The notes beneath the pieces are model-generated. The model worked only from the letters and a program-made list of their open reading frames with translations, was not told the origin of the DNA and searched no databases. Both the position numbers and the translations under genes were made by a program. From the NCBI GenBank assembly GCA_040437565.1, contig JBDOQK010000047.1, positions 186,001 to 250,000 on the forward strand: DNA of 64,000 nucleotides. The letters run 5' to 3'. This document shows positions 61,375-64,000 of the stretch, in pieces; positions within the stretch are counted from its first letter, which is position 1; each line of letters begins with the position of its first letter. This DNA comes from Albugo candida. Taxonomy: Eukaryota.

Positions 61375-63304
61375 ATGAGCTCAAGCATGGGCGGAGGGAA
61401 TCCCAACGCAAACGTTGCCGCATTGAGCGCCGCACAACCATCCTCTGGGAATAATACAGGGACTAACGCGTCCACAAAGTCAGGAAGTGTGGCTGAACGG
61501 AGCCCTCGTCTCGTCGAGGAGATAAATAAATATGGAAAACCAGGCGCAATTGAGAAAGAATTGCGATATGGGACGAGCGGATTTCGCTGTGATGCATCAT
61601 TGCTTGATGCCGCAGTCCATCGTATGGGAATGTTGGCGATACTGAGATCGAGAAAGGAGGAGAAGATCACTGGATTGATGATATCTGCATCTCACAATCC
61701 AGCAAATGATAACGGGATAAAGCTGATTGATCCTCGTGGTGAATTGATGACGTCGTCATGGGAAGATGTGAGCATTATTTCCATATTGATCCAATTTTTT
61801 CGAAACATTATTGTGGAATTGTGTGTAGTATGCGAATCGATTGGCAAATGCAGCTACCGATAAAGTCTTGGAGATTCTGGATCATATTGTGGTGACTGAA
61901 AAGATCGATTTGGATACCACGGGAAATGTCTTTATTGCCAAAGATACACGTCCAAGTAGTGAGGTAACGTCGTCTTTTATTCTAGGATCCATCCATTGAG
62001 TGTGTTCTTTACAGCACCTGGCTGAAGTGGCACGTGAAGGTGCTCTAGCGATAGGAGGAAACGTGTTGGATTTTGGATTGCAAACAACGCCGCAATTACA
62101 TCATCTTGTTCGAATGGTAAGAATACAACCTCGGTTTTTCCACGCGAGCTGACAAGTTTTGTTTTCGTAGTGGAATTTTGAGCATTACAATAAGGGAGAT
62201 TGGGCGTCAGAAGTCGGATATTACAACATGCTTGTTGATGGATTCAAACAGCTGACCGGATCGCAAGATTCGAAAAAGCTCGAAATGCGTACTCCTCTTT
62301 ATGTCGATTGTGCCCATGGCATTGGTGCGACACAATTGGCAAAGCTTGCAAAGGAACTGGGAGAATGTTTGCATCTGGAGGTCTGTAATCTTCCCAATGA
62401 TGGAGAATTGAATCATGAATGTGGTGCTGATTACGTCCAAAAAGCTCGTAAATATCCCAGTGGATTTTCACGAGATAACGACAAAGGAAAGCGTTGTTGT
62501 AGTTTGGATGGTGATGCTGATCGCGTGGTGTTTCATTACTTTGACGAGAAGGCAGATTGGCATCTTTTGAACGGAGACAAAATCGCATGCTTATTTGCCG
62601 AATTCTTTTTGGAGAAATTGAAAGTGTTGGATCTGGACAAGTCAGTGCCACTCGGCTGTGTACAAACGGCTTATGCCAATGGCGCATCAACGCACTATTT
62701 ACGTGAAAAAGGGATCGAGGTGGTTGTTGCTGAAACTGGCGTCAAGTTTTGTCATGCAAAAGCATCAGAGTTTGACATTGGTATCTATTTCGAGTCAAAT
62801 GGCCACGGAACTGTTCTGATTAAAGACGAGCTGGTAGAGAAGCTTCAGAAATGGGAAAGCTCTACTCATGATGAGCGTAAAAAGCAAGCTATCATTCAAC
62901 TTCTCGCATCTCATCAGTTGCTCAATCAGGCCACAGGAGACGCCATCAGCGATTTATTGTTTGTTGAGGTACTTCTGATTCAGAAACAGTGGTCGATCGC
63001 GGATTGGGACGCTGTTTACTGCGACAAACCGACCCGAGAAACAAAGATTCCAGTAGAGGAAATGAAGAGTGCGGCGGAATGGAGCTCGAATGCTTTTCAA
63101 CAAAACGTGGATGAGATCATCAGTGAAATGGCCGTCAGTAATGCTCGGGCGTTCGTGCGGGCATCTGGCACCGAGAGTGTTGTTCGTGTATTTGCGGAAG
63201 CCGATACCCAGCAAGATTGTGACTCATTAGCACTGAAGATTGCGCAATGGGTCCACTGCCATTGCAATGGCGTTGGACCGTCGCCTAATGCATTTGTAGC
63301 GTGA
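61375..63304 (+). CDS. PGM3: phosphoacetylglucosamine mutase (multi-exon)
   Basis: YGTSGFR, active-site MISASHNPANDNGIK, QTTPQLH, metal-binding DGDADR, YFESNGHG and FVRASGTE..VRVFAEA. Confidence 0.95.
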
Positions 63305-63789
63305 AGCAGTGACTTCCCACAACGCCATTTTCGGCAGCTTAAGTGTCAATAAATCCTTTGGAGTTGGAATTAATTACTTTTGTACCATTAACTGATAGGC
63401 ACAGATAAGTTAATTCCAGTAAACACTTCTGAGCCACTCAGTGCTCATAATCTTTTTCGCCTTATAGTACACAAGCCGTTTAGCGTAATTTTTTTTCCTT
63501 AGAACATACCGGCGCTCCCACGTATGGAATAGGATTCAGTGGACAAATGATTACTTTGAATCAGCTACACTGAACAGAGTTTTAGTCGACTCGATCCAAA
63601 TTTGTTGAAAATATGAAACAAACTGATGTCCACTATCTTTTAATCCGTAGTCCAACGATGCACTTACATTTACTAATCAGAAGGCGTAATTATTAATGTA
63701 GTGCTACACGCTACGTATGCGAAAAATGAGCTGCTACCATTTGAATTTTTTCAAGTCGATGGCAGTTGTCTCATTGTTTACGTTTGTTA

Positions 63790-64000
63790 CTACCCCGCTT
63801 TTACACGTAAATACACCGTTTCTTCTCGAATTGTGTGGTTGCTTACTATCTTGGACGTTGCATTCTCGATCGTTTTGCATTTTCGTCTTGTTGTGGAGAA
63901 ACTTGAAATTTTTGGGTACCATTCGAAAATTTCGAGGAAGCCCTTATACCCACCGTTCCGTGATCGGATTGGCTTGAAGTATTTTACGGATCCACTAAAA
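63790..64000 (-). CDS. possible 3' end of a gene entering from beyond the window
   Basis: One minus frame is open from the window edge to TAG at 63790: FSGSVKYFKPIRSRNGGYKGFLEIFEWYP...VYLRVKAG*. No domain recognised. Confidence 0.2.
   Translation of the reverse strand, partial: FSGSVKYFKPIRSRNGGYKGFLEIFEWYPKISSFSTTRRKCKTIENATSKIVSNHTIREETVYLRVKAG

Noticed and set aside
1..64000. CRISPR arrays, rRNA, prokaryotic operons or defence systems
   Set aside because: No regularly spaced repeat-spacer arrays or rRNA motifs were seen; the content is intron-containing eukaryotic nuclear DNA.

Overview
Gene-dense eukaryotic nuclear scaffold with roughly 50-65 nt spliceosomal introns, very short intergenic spacers, a PDR-type ABCG and an LRR-like receptor kinase. 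It is most consistent with a compact oomycete genome; Albugo-like is an inference only. There are 17 placeholder gaps of about 100 N. Fifteen are flanked by uncollapsed duplicated overlaps that inflate or split ORFs in the supplied track. Genes recognised in order: FHIP/FAM160-like (partial, absent from the ORF track), Tudor-less SMN, ankyrin-repeat protein, PH+RhoGAP-like protein, receptor-like pseudokinase, PWWP+MPN(JAMM) MPND-like protein, tandem-Tudor-like+TFIIS-N protein, PDR/ABCG transporter, Sin3, divergent PDI, CCDC115/Vma22, TTC27, ATR, HMCES/SRAP, FAM184-like, RNI-like LRR protein and PGM3/AGM1. The 32-42 kb interval looks accessory. It holds a tRNA-derived SINE-like element with a candidate target-site duplication, a frameshifted pseudogene of a secreted H-[ST]-W-I-D-C (putatively LPMO-like) family, a degraded coiled-coil gene with a dispersed second copy, an orphan ORF overlapping the TTC27 stop codon, and an apparent non-canonical GA-AG intron in CCDC115/Vma22. 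Family assignments rest on motifs recalled from memory, not on database searches.
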